DNA from: Octopus sinensis
Lineage: Eukaryota
NCBI RefSeq assembly: GCF_006345805.1
Contig: NC_043005.1
Coordinates: forward strand, 33,914,001-33,978,000
DNA length: 64,000 bases
Direction: 5' to 3'
Part shown: positions 22,860 to 36,971 of the stretch, piece by piece
Layout: each line of letters begins with the position of its first letter
Numbering within the stretch: the first letter of the stretch is position 1
The notes under the pieces: model-generated
What the model saw: only the letters and a program-made list of their open reading frames with translations
Told to the model about the DNA's origin: nothing
Database searches by the model: none
Program-made: the position numbers and the translations under genes

Positions 22860-25800
22860 CTTAGATAAACTTAGATATGTTTCGACCAAAGATTGGTCCA
22901 GGCCATGTCTAACTTAATAGCACCACCTGATAGGATTATTCGAATCCTGTTTAAGTCAAGTTTTGTTCAAGTAGTGAGTTGTATCCAGTTTTGTTCAAGT
23001 AGTGAGTTCTTGTTGGGTGAGTTGTATCCAATTATGGGTGGCTTATCTGGTATTCTTTGAAGGAATCTATCCAGACTTTGTTTAAAGTTGATGGGATCCT
23101 TTTCCTCTTTGATCTCCCTCGGGACAATGTTAAATAGGGCAGGGCCTATTGAGGAAAAGAAATTATGTTGCAGTGTACATGTATGTTGTGATCTTGAATT
23201 GGGCAGGGGATGTATAGCCCGTGGTCCAAGTCTTGGATGAACCTTGAAGCTAATGTTTAGGTCGTTTGGGCAAAGTTGGCGGTATATTTTCCACATCGTA
23301 CAAATGATGTACCGCTCACGGCGACGCTGGAGGGAGTAAAGTTTCAAGGCTTTAAGGCGATCCCAATAATCGAGAGCAGCCATGCCTTCAATTTGTTTAG
23401 TGAGTGCCCTCTGGGGTGACTCAATTCTGGAGATGTTTTTGTCTTGTGTGAGGAGACCACAGTGGGCAGCAGTATTCAAGGTGTGGCCATACAAAGGAGG
23501 AAAAAGTGGTATGATGACACCTTGTTCTCTGACCAGAAAGTTCTTAAGATCCAGGAACTCATCCTACGAGCTATATCGACCTTCTTGTTGATGTGTGCAC
23601 TCCAACTGAGATCGTCATTGACGATTTGCTGGAGCTTAGTGTCATCAGCAAATATTTTCACCTTGCAGTAATGTACGACACTGGAAAGGTCGTTTACGTA
23701 AATTATGAAGAGTAGCGGACCCAAAACAGTTCCCTGGGGAACACCGCTGGTGACTTTTGCTGGGTTTGAGTGGACTCCATCAACTACAACATGTTGTGTT
23801 CTATTCGCCAAGAAATACTTAATCCAGTGTAGAACTTTTCCACGGATTCCAACGTTTGCCAATTTTGAGAGTAGGATGTTATGGTCTACCCTTTCGAACG
23901 CTTTACTGAAGTCAAGATATATGACGTCAGAGTTCGAACCTGTTCCCAAGGCTTTGAGTACATCTTCAATGTGGTGTAAGAGCTGTGTTAGACAGTCCCT
24001 GCCACAGCGAAAGCCATGCTGATTTGCATTTAGGAGTTTGTGGGTCTCCAGGAAGTCAGCTATCCTTGATCTTAACACTCTTTCAAACACTTAATGATGT
24101 GGGAGGTGAGTGAGATTGGGCGATAGTTGACTGCGAGGGATCTATTTCCCTGTTGAAACCGGGATGACCGACTGGGATAGAAACTGTTTTGGTATATAAC
24201 CTGCGTCTAACGAATTTCTCCAGAGGTTGGTCAGAGGGACTGCAAGTTGGTATCTACATTCCTTCAGGAGACTAGCGGGAAATCTATCAGGGCCTACAGC
24301 AGAGTAATGTTTGACCTCATTTATTGCTGTTACGATGTCGGTGGCAGTGAAGGTTATGTCTGAGATTTTGTGTTGGGAGTCAACTTCGTTCGTTTCCCTT
24401 ACGTCAATATCAGTGGGAACACTAAAGACAGAGCAGTATTGTTTCTGCAGTATTTCTGCCATTTCTTTAGCATCGTGTTGGGGAATGCCGTTATCATCAA
24501 TCAATGGCCCAGTGGGTGAGACAGTGGTTCTATGCTTATTTGCATAAGAATAGAACACTTTTGGGTTCTGTTTGATGTTTTTGATTACCCATTGTTCCTC
24601 CACAGCTCTTTGATTTTCAATGGAGGTTTTCATATTGGTCTGCAGATGAAGTTTTTCCAGCTCTAGTCTTTTCATTGTGTTGAATGTGGATGTTGTGTGT
24701 GGGAATATTTTAATTGGTTGATTTTTTGTTGAGTCTTTTGATGCGCCTGATGAGTGTTTTTTTCTTTTAGGGAGCCGGTTTCTGTTTGTGTTAGCAGATT
24801 TCTTGGGAGCGTGTTTAGAGCATGTATAGGTGACAATGTTTTCAGAGTGCTGCCACGCGGTCTCAATATGAGAGGAATTGAGAGTAAAAGACCAGTCGAT
24901 GGAAGACAGATCCTTTCTGATTGTTCCCCAGTCCGCTTTGTGGAAGTTTATGTTGTCAAATGGGTGCCATGGAGTGGGATTGGCTGGTTTGGTTTTTATA
25001 TGTCGGGAATTAAGATTGCAGAGTACCATGTTGTGGTCTGAGAGGAGAGTTTTTTCGACTGAAATACTGTGAACGTAGCTAGAGTGATTGGTCAAACCAA
25101 ATCCAAGATCGTTTTATTCTGTCTCGTTGGTTCAAGCACTAGCTGAGTCAGGAAATACTCATCCATCAGATTAAAGAGCAGTTCTGCTGCTGCTCTATCT
25201 GATGTAGAGCACTTGCCTAACTTCAGAGTATTTGTGGGCCAGTTCACATGAGGGAGGTTAAAATCACCCATCACTAGTATGTTTCCGGAGTGGTACTTCC
25301 GAAGAAAGGACTTGACTTTGCTAAGACACTCTTCTTTAGAGGTGCCTGGGGAGGCCTGTAAAGACCAACAATGGTTATGTCCTTGGCTTTGTTGTATAGT
25401 GATACCGATTCACAGTAGCCATTGGAAAATATGTCCTTGGCATCAAGTGAAAAGGAGTCATGGATAAAGATGGCTGTCCCTCCCTTATTTCGGTCTGTGC
25501 GATCCGCACGAACAATGGTGAAATCTTTTATTTTCACCTCTGCGTCCATATGGGTGTTGTTCAGGTGTGAGTCTCGGTAGGATAAAGAAAGGGAAGCAAT
25601 GTGCCATTTCGGCAAGCCAACTCTCTATATATGGGATCTTCCATTTTTGGGCAATAATTGATGGGTTGATGCCACGTACATTTAACAGGAATGTCGAGGT
25701 AAGGGAAGTTGGTAATAGGTGAGTGGTCCTTGTGATTTGCATAGATGGTTGGTGATAGCTCGCTGGATCTCCTGGCTTAGGTCGGCCTTCATATTTTCTA

Positions 25801-26140
25801 GGTATGTCAGTAAAAAAGAGTTACTTGTTTGGTTTGCCACTTGGTCAGAGGATACATATTTCATGTTGGCGTTATTTGGTGCTTTTTCATGGTTCTGTCT
25901 ACGTTGTTTGATTGTAGGAGGGGAAACGTGGTTGTATTTTGTTCTTGTTGTTGTCCTAGATTTCCTCTGTTCCTGTTTATATTTATTCTGTGATCGTTTT
26001 GTGCCCTTCAGATGGTGGTGGTTGCATTCTGGGTTCAGGCACATCCTTTGTGAGACAGAAGTTTGGCACAGTTTAGGATGGAATAAGGTGCATCCATTGC
26101 CTTTTATGCATCCGTATTTAGGATCAGAACCATAGATTTG
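22860..26140 (-). mobile_element. Near full-length CR1-like LINE (ORF1 C-terminus with CCCH-like fingers, APE, RT), frameshifted
   Basis: LLNVRG, MGDFNLP, SDHN, QHGFR, YLDFSKAF, GVPQGTVLGP, FADDTK, YWDRLKALKLYSLQRRRER; 3' stem-loop gacc-aatcttt-ggtc and (atctaagttt)2 tail. Confidence 0.93.
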
Positions 26141-26479
26141 GGTAGACTCCAAAGCACATACAGATTGGTTGTTTGAGAATGTATTCAACCAATGTTCAAA
26201 ACTCACATGATAGGTAAGATGACCAATCATTACAGACTAATGTGCTGAGCTTATAAAAGGCTGATCATCAATAGGCCATAATAGAAATTGGTCTCCCTAT
26301 TGTGTTGTTCTTTTAAAACTGAATCCGCTTCTTTTTATTAATATAATTTATATAATTAAGAGTTCAGTCCCAGTTTCACACCTTGGGCAAGTGTCTTCTA
26401 CTATAGCCCCAGGCCAACCAAAGCTTTGCGAGTTGATTCCTCCTCATTTTCATTTCTTTATTCATTTGTGCTTCCTCGT

Positions 26480-27500
26480 TTACAGGTCACATCTTATGGT
26501 TGGTGGAGGTTTTTTGTCATAGTCATTTGTCCTCCTCATTTCCTCTGATGTTCTCCATGATGTAATGCCATGTTGTTCTGACTTCTGCATGCTATTAACA
26601 AGATTCATAGTCTTTGTAGCACAGGTTGGGTTATATAGTTCTTTGATACAGGCTTAGAAATTTTTAATGTCTTTTGCATCTGCATATCTTTGGAGCGAAA
26701 TAACCTTTTCTATCCACTAGTTGGTTTCAATCTCTCTGGTTCTGGTTTTGACAGACCCATTTGAGATCTTGTGTTACCTCTTTTCCGTTTGAGAAATTAG
26801 ATGCTCATCTATCCCTTGTTCAAGGGGCAGATTAGCACATCTTTTAACAGTGATGAATTTTGAGATATTTTCATTGTTTTTGTTGAACCAATCCTGGCTC
26901 TTTCTTTTTGTGAAGCCAGTGGTGTTCTCTGCAGCTTCTTGGATGATGTTTCAAGTTGTTATCCACTCATCATTTCAGATAACTGTTTGCCAGCTGGTCT
27001 TTGATGTATCCTTTGAATTTTTCTATTTGGTCTTTAAGTTTTGATGTATGAAACTTTCTTCTTGATTGACACTTTAAGTGGACAGGTGATTCACACTGAA
27101 GAGAAATTTGGAGTCAACAATCATCTGCTTCTCATGATGATGTAGTCGAGCGCATGCCAATACTTTGAGCATGGATGCATCCATGTAGTTTTAAACCAAC
27201 TGTGTTGGTAATGAACACCTCATGGTCTGCGCAGGTTTGTATTGCAATTTCTGGTACCTTGTTTTCCTACAGGATGTCTTTCCTTCAGTCTCTTTGACAT
27301 TGAAATCACCAAGATGAGCTTGTCTGTTGACAATGAAAGGTTCAGGCAATGATTAAAGAACTGTCTTAGAATGGTAGCACTGACCATCTCTTTTAAGACT
27401 CTTTGGGACTGGCAGGAGGAAGTTTTTTCTTGGGTTTGAGACCTGGCTCCACTATCTGCAACATTGTGGACTTTATTAACCCTTTCTTACCACATATCTC
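26480..27500 (-). mobile_element. Highly decayed RTE-type LINE (APE to linker)
   Basis: On -: KTTWMHPCSKYWHALDYII and LQRYADAKDIKNF..IKELYNP. Confidence 0.75.
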
Positions 27501-30500
27501 TTGAAATACAATGTCTTTGTTTCTATTGCATTTGCAAATAATGAAGAATTTAGTAAAATGACTGTCATTATTAAGCTGGTTTTTGAGGTATAAATCAACA
27601 TGAAATTTTGATGGAAGGTTTTAATTTAAACCCCTTTAAAACAAGAGGTGTATATCATAAAATGAGGGCAATTTTGGGTGGGTTAGTATCAAGAGCATTA
27701 AAGGTATACAAGATATTTAATTATAATAAAAAATAACAACAAATGATGAAAAGATACAACAGCTTTTAATATTTTACATAATGTGAACTCAATTACAGCC
27801 AACCCAATATTCCTGGCAAAAATAAAACTTCAGACAGAGATATTGGGGACTTTTTTTTTTGTTTTAATTTTTGTTGTCTTTCATCCAGAAAAGGAGGCAA
27901 CACTGTTATTTACAAAATCCCTTGGTGATAAACTGTAGTTGAGAGAACGATTGCACAAAGTTTTTTTATAAAGGATTCACTTAATTTTTTGTTTGTTTAC
28001 TGATTTTCTAAAAAAATATTTTAATTTCAAGAATCAATGTGTAAAAAAAATGATTGATTGATTGATTGTTTGGTAGGTTTGATGGCAGTTAAGTGTTTAA
28101 TGGTTTCTTAGTAAACTTTTTACAGCTTAACAATGAAACCAGAGTGAGCAAATATATTAATTATATTAGCTATTGTTGACTAAAATTTCATGCAAAGCCA
28201 AAATTATAAACATTCAAACACATGGAATAAATGGTGGTGACTTCACTAGAGCTACAATTCAAACTTTGCCCTATATTGTTTTAGTCCAAAAATCTATGAC
28301 ATATTTTGAAAACTAGTTATTCCATTTTAGTTATGTTCCTCATTGCAATGATTCCTAAGTGGTTGTGTCATCTTTCCTTCGTACAGATCAGAGAGAGAAA
28401 AGGTATCACATAATTTCAGAAACTAAAAGAAAAACTCACCTCAGTCATAGTAGAATACATTCTCTGATTTAACTTCACCAGTTTTAATATAGATTATATA
28501 TATAAGTGTTATTCTAGATGTTAAGTAGTCGGCTAACAGATTTCACTTTTACTAAAATGCTTTGCATTTATAGCTACATACACAATCCTTTTTGTACTCT
28601 TTAAGTTACCTTTTCCTTAGTTCTTTAAATTTAATTCTTAAATTTCATGCTTTATTAAACTTAGTTGCTTGAATGCTATACAGCTGGTTAACTTTCAATA
28701 TTTTTTTTGTCCCATCACAAATACCAGGTTCTGACCTGACTTTAAAGACATAAGCAGTTACAAATCTAGCAGATATCAAATTGTAATTACATGTCTCATA
28801 ACTAATAGTTCTATTTCCTCAAGTATATCAGCCAGACTCCAGAAACAAAACACAATCTGTCACTGTTATAATAAAAGTATTTAAATTTTTGTCTATGTTA
28901 TTGTTTTTCTTATCATAATTGGTTTTACATTTTTTTTTTAATTTCTAAACGCTCTTTTAAAAACTAGGATACAGGTTATACTCGAGGAAGAGTAATCATT
29001 AAGTATGATTCATGGGGCTGCCACTAATAGCAGAATAGCTAAGCAGTCACTTATGAATATGATTTGGTATCTTATATCACACTTTCACAAATTCATTTAG
29101 GTGACTATGTAAGAGGGAAACAGGCTGCCTCCAACAAGCTGGTACTCATTTTGAGCTCAATAGACTGGATCAACATTAAATCATCTGCCTTACTCAAGAA
29201 ACAACATGTTGCCTGATCCTGAAGATTTGGAGTTCAACAACTTAACCACTAGGTTCTTCCACAGAGAGAAAATATGAAAAATAAATTATAAATTCATATC
29301 TGCACAGTCTGGGTGTATGCCTGTTACACAGGTGCACACTGGTGTGTGGACCCTCATGTAAATATACATTATTGTTTTAATGTATCCTTTTCCACACTTG
29401 CATGGGTCAATGTTTATTGAGGCGATTTTCTACAATGCCCACCAACTCTCATCTGTTTTCAACTAAGGCAATATTTTCTCCTTGTCTGGACATATTTTCT
29501 CACAAGACTATACACAATCAGCACTACCTGACAGTGGTGTTATTTACAATTAGTGCACAGTGTCAAGACAAGGAGACAATAAACACACACACAAGTGAGA
29601 GAGAGACAGAGAAGAAAGTAGATGAGTTTTACCACTAGGACTCACTGCAAAAACTAACATGGAAATTCATGCTTAGGCCTTGAACGTTCAATTCACAACT
29701 ATGATAAATAAACTTTACAACAAAATTGAGGAGGTGGTACTTAAGACAAGGAGAGGACTTGTTTCCTCTTTCTTCATAATATTTTTTATAAGTCTGGAAA
29801 AAAATTGAAATGACTTTAATAAAACATGAGGCCAACAATTATTTATCGAACAGAAATATCAGGGAATGTAGTGTTAATGATTTGTGTGTTTATGGAGATG
29901 ACAGTTTGTTGAAGTGTTAAAAGGGGAGAACCTAATTTATCTATGTTTTTGGACACATTAACAGGTCGCAAATGTCAACATTTGAATTAGATTAAAAGAT
30001 TCTTTAAAAAAAAAAAAAACTGTCAAAACGAGGTGATAAAAAGTATAAATTAGATTCAATATACAAGAGATTTAAAAAAAAATAAAGATGATGTTAAGCT
30101 GTTTTCTTTCTTGGTGATTTATTAATGTTTTTTAACTGGCTGTAAATAGATAAGAGACTCACTAATGTCAAAATGGCATCTACTAAAACTAAATAAATAA
30201 TCCAAGTGGTATTATAGAAATTACTCATCGTTAGTTTTTTGGTGTCAGTCATACCTGGTGTGTAGGGTCTACATTACAAACAGGTGAATGCATTATGGAG
30301 GCAGGGTCTTCTCTTCTGCTCCCTCCTTGACCAACATCTGTGAATACATGACAACCAACAGTGTTAAAATGAAAACCTCTCACTCTGGTAGTCAACCCAT
30401 TTGCATTTATATATATGTATTTATATACATAGTTAACTGTTGGTTCATGCTTCAATTTGTCTCCTTACATAAAAAAAAAATGGATGAATTAATCTGCTTA

Positions 30501-30594
30501 TAAACAAATGGTGTTTTCTGATTAATCTCTTGAGTTGAGGAGGTGTAAGGGGAAATAAAGGGCTGTGTTCTGTACAGAGTGGGTTGTTCATCAG

Positions 30595-30900
30595 ATGCTA
30601 TACAAGATTAATGAGATAACCTGTCATACAAGATGTACCAGTTAACCAGTTATCATAAAACGTCAACTAGTTAACACTGTACAAACCTAACCAGAATTGC
30701 TGTACAAGATAAACAAGTTAACTGATCACTATACAAGATGTACAAATTAACCAGCTGTTGTGTAGAATGAACATGTAAATCATCTTGTTAAACAAAGTGA
30801 GCAGTGAATCTGACAATGAATAAACAAATTAACCAGTTAATGAGTGGAAGGTGAACCAGTATTTGTAGAATATTAACCAAACCGATTGCTGTTCCTGGTG
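30595..30900. repeat. Degenerate ~29-bp minisatellite
   Basis: Recurring tacaagatg(t/a)ac..(a/g)ttaaccag units. Confidence 0.6.
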
Positions 30901-32225
30901 AACAAAGCCAGTAGTTCATCTACAAACTTGCAGGTGGATGAGAGACATTTAGCATTGATTTAATGAACTACAGTAGATTGAGCAACCATTATTTGCAACA
31001 ATAAGAAGCTACTGAATTTAGCAGTTGCAATAGCACATATATAAGTAACAAATAACGTCTCAATATATACACAGTAGGTTTGTATATGAGTTTCTTTCTT
31101 TTGTTAAAATAAAACCCTGATACATTTTTGTGGTAGATGTGTCAAGTCAGGTTAATATTTCTATTTGTGGTGACCTTAGGCTATCAATTCCATCCCACTA
31201 CTTTCACACAGTTTGGAGCTGACCATGTTTACATGTAATTTTCAGCAGAATAATTATAAAAATGGCAATTAGCACATTATGTAAGTAATTGGCAGTGTGG
31301 AACTGAACACTTGGCTCCATGGCTATCAACCAAAATAGAGAGACACATATACATGTATTCAGTTGTTTGTTCATTTTAAGTCTATTTTCCCATGTTAGAA
31401 TAGGTTGGATGAAAACTTAGTAAAGAGGCTTTTACAATCAGATGCTCTTCTTGTTGCTAACCCTGGCCTGTTTTTCAAATAAGAGATGTTTTTATCCTAC
31501 ATTTCCAAGAATGTGGAGTAATAGAACAATTTGTTAGCAGGGAACATCAACAGTTTACTCAAATGATTTCAGCCGAAAGCAAGGAATGCAAACAGTCACA
31601 GAAACACATATAATGGGTTTCCATACAGTTTCCATTTACCATATCTACTCATGAGCCACTGATTAACCCGAGGCTACAGAAGACATTTGGCCAAGATGCC
31701 ATGCAGTGAGATAGAACTTGAAACCATGTCCTTACAAACCAAATTCCATATCCATGCAGCCATGCTCATATACATTACACACACACATACACACAATACA
31801 CACTCCAGTCATTTCTTACATAGGTGCAAGGCCTCAAACATGTGAGTAGATAGGGGTAGCCAAGTAGATCAAACCCAGGACTTAACTGGTACTTTATTTT
31901 ACCAACCCTGGAAAGATGGAAGGCAAAGTCAACCTTGGTGGAATTTGAACTGAAACCATAAAGAGCCAGAACAAATACTGTAAAGTATCTTTATGTCTGC
32001 CATTCTATTGATTCTGCCAAAACCCCACTGTTTACAATATTGCATAATATTAACAATATCCATTATCACACATTTTTCTATACACTCTGCTGGTAATGTA
32101 TAAACACACCCCTACAGAGATGACAGTATGTATGTAGGTGATACTGATTGTTAGTTTGTCACTTCTGTTATTCCAACATCAACAGTTGATGGAAGAAGGA
32201 ACATTGTGTTCAGTAAGTCTGTTCT

Positions 32226-32279
32226 CTACTGTTTCATTTGTTCAAGAAGCTGCAGCAACTCTGAGTATCTGTCTTTAAT
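32226..32279 (-). CDS. GON4L: GON4L terminal coding exon (stop TAG)
   Basis: ttgttgtag|ATT, phase 0; IKDRYSELLQLLEQMKQ* completes the SANT helix 3. Confidence 0.8.
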   Translation of the reverse strand: MKDRYSELLQLLEQMKQ

Positions 32280-32472
32280 CTACAACAAAAACAAAGAAAA
32301 AAATTTAATAAACATCTCCATCAATGGCATAAAGCTACAATTTGGGAGGTGGGGGCAAATTACTGGATTAAACTGACCCCAATTGATGAAAAGATAACTT
32401 CAGCAGGATTTGAAACCAGAATGTGAAGAGTTGAAAATATAATGCTAGACATTTTTGTGTGATGCTCTAGCA

Positions 32473-32943
32473 CAGGGGTGGGAAGCCCCTGCCTGCAGGC
32501 TGATATACTGGTATGTACAAAATATATAAACGTTTCAGTTATAAAATTTATACAATATTCATATGCCTATTTGCGACATAGGTTGCTTTTCCACTACAAC
32601 TTAAAACAGTTACACTCAAACAGAAATCATCCAGTAATTGCCATTGTTTTCACTACAGAACACACATTGCTAGGTTTGTACCATCCCCTTGAGACCCAAC
32701 TACACTCTAGCTGAAAAATACAGAATACCGCATAAGTAATATAAATGTCCTAAATTCAGTGGCAGCGTTAATGAAAATGTTATGCAATAATTTAATGTGT
32801 TAAACTCATCTTTATTTATATAGAATTACACACAGATATATACAAGATTTACACAGATATAAGAGTTAGAACTTCTGGTCTGCCCACCAACCTTTTACAT
32901 TGGAAATTTTTGCCCACCGCACTAAAAAGTTTCCCCACCCTTG
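32473..32943. mobile_element. hAT-type MITE
   Basis: TIRs caggggtggg../..ccccacccttg; 8-bp TSD ctctagca/ctttagca (1 mismatch). Confidence 0.75.
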
Positions 32944-33571
32944 CTTTAGCATTTCTACTAATTTGCTGCTCTAATGATCTATTTCATGGTTGGCTCTAAT
33001 TTAGGTGTAAGGTAAGCAATTTAGAGAGGAGGAAGTAATTTGATACCATCAATTCCAGAGGAATGAAAGGCAAAGTCAACCTCAGCAGGATTTTAATTCA
33101 GGATGTAAAGTGTTGGAAGAAATTAAGCAATGCATTTTGTTCAACACTTCAACAATTTTGCCAACTCTCTGCCTGAAACCAATACAATGACAATTATAAT
33201 GATAATAATTATTATTATTTCAGATGTAAAGACAAGGCCTGAAATTTAAGAGAAGGGCATAGTTGATTAAATTTACTCCAATTTACTGATAGTTATTCTG
33301 TTAACCCCAGAGAAGTTACCACCACCAGCATGTAAGCCAATGAGGGCACCTCTACATGGTTACTTGAGCTGGTAGAAAAAGCAGCTAAATCTTCATCAAA
33401 TCACATTCTATTATCTCAAAAGGACAATGATATATTAGTTAATGCAGTTCTAGGTACACCATGTTCTGAATAAAAGGTAGAATGGCTACAACTTGAACTA
33501 GTTATTTTGATTAAAAAGTTTGCTGGATCAGGACTAACCCAACCAAAATTTAAATATACAAAAACACTCAC

Positions 33572-33674
33572 TTGTTTTGGCGTTCGGCCATTTATCTTAC
33601 AAGAAAGTTTTTCAAATACTTGAGCATTAACTCCATCTTTCCTTACACTATCAAGAATCATCTTGTCCATCCAT
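33572..33674 (-). CDS. GON4L: GON4L exon (SANT/Myb domain)
   Basis: ttcag|A...CAA|gtgagt, phase 2 in/0 out; joins the upstream RWTK to WMDKMILDSVRKDG..FEKLS..RTPKQ. Confidence 0.88.
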
Positions 33675-35071
33675 CTGAAGGGAAGAAAATAAAACAATAG
33701 TTTTTTTTACAACTTTGTACATCACAAGGTTCTATACACAGAAGTTCAGACTGTCTCAGCCTGCTGGTCATTCCACCTCTAATTCTTCCTCCATACTTTC
33801 ATACTTTGTCCACCAAATGGTATAGCTATTTCTGTTGCCCTGGTGGTAGCAGGGTTCTGTCTTCTTTTTTCATTAAACATGCTAAGCCCAACATATTACC
33901 TTTCTGATTTACTTTGCCTGTGAGGAGCAATTATGATTTTTAATAAGAAAATTTGTTATTGCAATCTATATGATAATCCACTGGTTTGTTCACCCATTAT
34001 ACTTTAGTTGTGGAGGTGGAGTAAAAGTGAGAGAGAGGGAGGAATATGAGCATAGAAGAAAGAAGTGAAGAAGTAGAGAAAGATGTATAATAAGGCGAAA
34101 TGTGTTACGTTGTTAATTGAAGGGAGAGGTGAAGAGAGAGAAGTGTTAATGATGTGCTGTAGGGTGGGGCAGGAAAGGTAAAGAGAAAGAGATATGTTTA
34201 GGATACAATATTTAGCAGAGGGTGATGTTCTGGTGGTGAGGTCAAAGAAAGAGAGATAGAGACAGACAGACAGGAAAGCAGTTACATTAAGAGACAGAGA
34301 TAGATAGTATTTGTATTGTTAGAATAGAGATCATTGACAGCAAGAAAATGTAGATACATACAAACAGCTGGACTGAAATGAAACAAACTGAGCTTTGTTA
34401 CTAAAAACTTTAGTGATGGTGATGGTGGTGTGTTGATAGTGAAAAGAATTTTTATTTTATTGAACTAAATCAATAATATCCTACCTGTTCATTCACACTT
34501 TACATTTTAGTTTGTTAGAGAGGATGAGAAAGTGGAGCAAGAGAGAAGAGGAAATGTGAGAGTGAATGAGAGAGCAGATAGCCAGTTGATGCATTAGGCT
34601 GTCACTTGTATTTAGTGGAAGTAAGAGGTAAAGAGAAATGAGAAATATTAAAGACATGAAAAGGGAAATTATATGGTTAAAAAGTTTATTGAAAAGAAAT
34701 AGAGAAATATAAAGTACTTAGTCACAATATATTATTGTGACTAGAAGTGAAATAACTTATGAAAATAAAAATGCAGATCATCCTTTCTTTCTTAAATAGC
34801 TTCTCTTAATCTTTTTCGTTCTGTGGAATTTCCACAGGTCCCACTAGTAGTATTTATAATGTGGGAATAGAAAGAGAAATATTAAATGAAATACAATGCA
34901 TGAGTGCAGATGCTTCTTTCAGTTTTCATCTACCAAATCCACTCACAATGCTTTGGTTAGACCAGGGCTATGGTAGAATATGCCACAAAGTGGGACTGAA
35001 TCAAACAGCAAGAGTTTAGGAAGTAAACTTAACCACACCTACATCTTATAAAAGCAGTGAAGAGTACTCAC

Positions 35072-35502
35072 TTTGTCCATCTGTTAGAATTATTGGTTCC
35101 TTCTGAAAATAATTGGTTCGAGATGGCTTGTTGGTTAGCATAGTCATTTGAGTTTGGTGTTATTACTTGCAAGTGTTTTTTACTAAGAACAGCCGAATTG
35201 AGCAAATTGTCAATAGCACCACGCCTCTCCACTTTAGACAACTGCCATGGCTTGCTCTTAGAGAGTAGTGTTCCATTGTGGTGATTGAAATTAGGTATGA
35301 GATGACTGAATGTTGGCAGTGTTATTTGGTTGAGTTGAGGTGGAACAGTGATTGTGGACAAAGGAACGACCGTCAGATTAGTGACAGGTAACTGATGGGT
35401 GACAGATGTTGAAGTAATCACAGCTGGTATTGCTGAAAGATTTGGTTGGGAAGGAAGAAGAAAATCTGTTGACATACGAGGACCAACTTCAGATACAACA
35501 GT
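35072..35502 (-). CDS. GON4L: GON4L exon
   Basis: tttcag|ACT...AA|gtgagt, phase 0 in/2 out; low-complexity region ending NRWT. Confidence 0.85.
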
Positions 35503-35966
35503 CTGAAACAAAAATAATGGAATTAAAGTACCAATTCTTAAGAGTAATTTCTCAAGCAAAAAAAAAAAAAGAGAGAAAGAGAGAGAGAGGTTGTGTTAAA
35601 TCCCTGCTCCAATTCATCAGTTAGTTGAAATTTGTGAAATAGTCTTTTAAGAATTTTGTTCTTGAAAATGATAAAATTCAAAGAAATGTTGTTGAGTTGT
35701 CTGCATTTGTTTTATGTCCATATTTCCATGCTAGTATAGGTTCGACAATTATTATTTAAGTATTGTTTTATAACAAGCCAATTTGTTGACAGAAGAAATG
35801 ACAACACTGCTTCAGCTCACAATACTCTGAGATGTATGAATGTAAACAAAGATACACACACACACTTAAAACAATAGGCCTCTTTTAATTTCCAACAGCA
35901 AAATCCACTCACAAAGCACTGGTCAGCCCAGGGCTATAGAAGACATTTGCCCAAGGTGATATATAG

Positions 35967-36040
<74 letters not shown>

Positions 36041-36043
<3 letters not shown>

Positions 36044-36342
36044 ACCACGTGACCAACCAGACCATCAGATGTTGCTACACATCGCTGGTCACAATACGTT
36101 CGCATTGTTTTAGTCTTCGAATGATGCCACCCTGCCGGCTAAGCGAGCAGGCCAACAGAAGAAAGAGTGAGAGAAAGAGTGGTGAAAGAGTACAGCAGGG
36201 ATCATCACCCCCTGCCGGAGCCTCGTGGAGCTTTTAGGTGTTTTCGCTCAATAAACACATACAACGCCTGGTCTGGGAATCGAAACCGCGATCCTACGAC
36301 CGCGAGTCCGCTACCCTAACCACTGGGCCATTGCGCCTCCAC
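36041..36342 (-). mobile_element. tRNA-derived SINE family C, CpG-rich and apparently young
   Basis: Head ggaggcgcaatggcccagtggttagg (A box), ggtttcgattccc (B box), followed by a non-tRNA body. Confidence 0.85.
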
Positions 36343-36971
36343 TTATATATATATATAAATCCAACTGCATGGTACCTTGGGGCAAGAATCTTCTACTACA
36401 ACTCCAGGTTGACCAAACCTTGAGTGGATTTGCTAGATGGAAACTGAAAGAAAACCACTGTGTGTATGGGAAGTGGAGGGTAGACAGAGATTTGTGCCCT
36501 TTTGCCTTGATATTACATGCTAGTTACAAATTTGTGTCACCAACATACAAACAGTGTCTCTTGTTTTCAGCCCCTCGTATAAACACATCCAGCCTTGGAG
36601 GAAATATTACTTTGCTTGGTAACAACAGAGACACTGGCAAGAGGAAAGGCATCAGACTGCTGAAGAAATTCTACTTCAAAGAATTCCATATGACATGCAA
36701 ACAGATGTTAAAGCAATGGAAATTTTGTATATATAAACAAATTCAGTTTACTGGAATATATTGGAAGCATGTTCATATATGTGTATAGGCAGAAACAGCT
36801 AAAATACATAATAAATCATAGACACAACTTATTAAAGTAATTAGTGAGACATCAAACAATAAAATTGCATGTATTAAACAATTTTAATTATCCTAACAAG
36901 TTACTAATGAAAATCAATCAATGAAAAAGTTCAGTAAAAGTTCCATCATATAATGGAATGTAATGTCTGAC

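Noticed and set aside
36270-36342. tRNA gene
   Set aside because: A and B boxes are present but continue into a SINE body without a complete cloverleaf; the same applies to the heads at 58172 and 55236.
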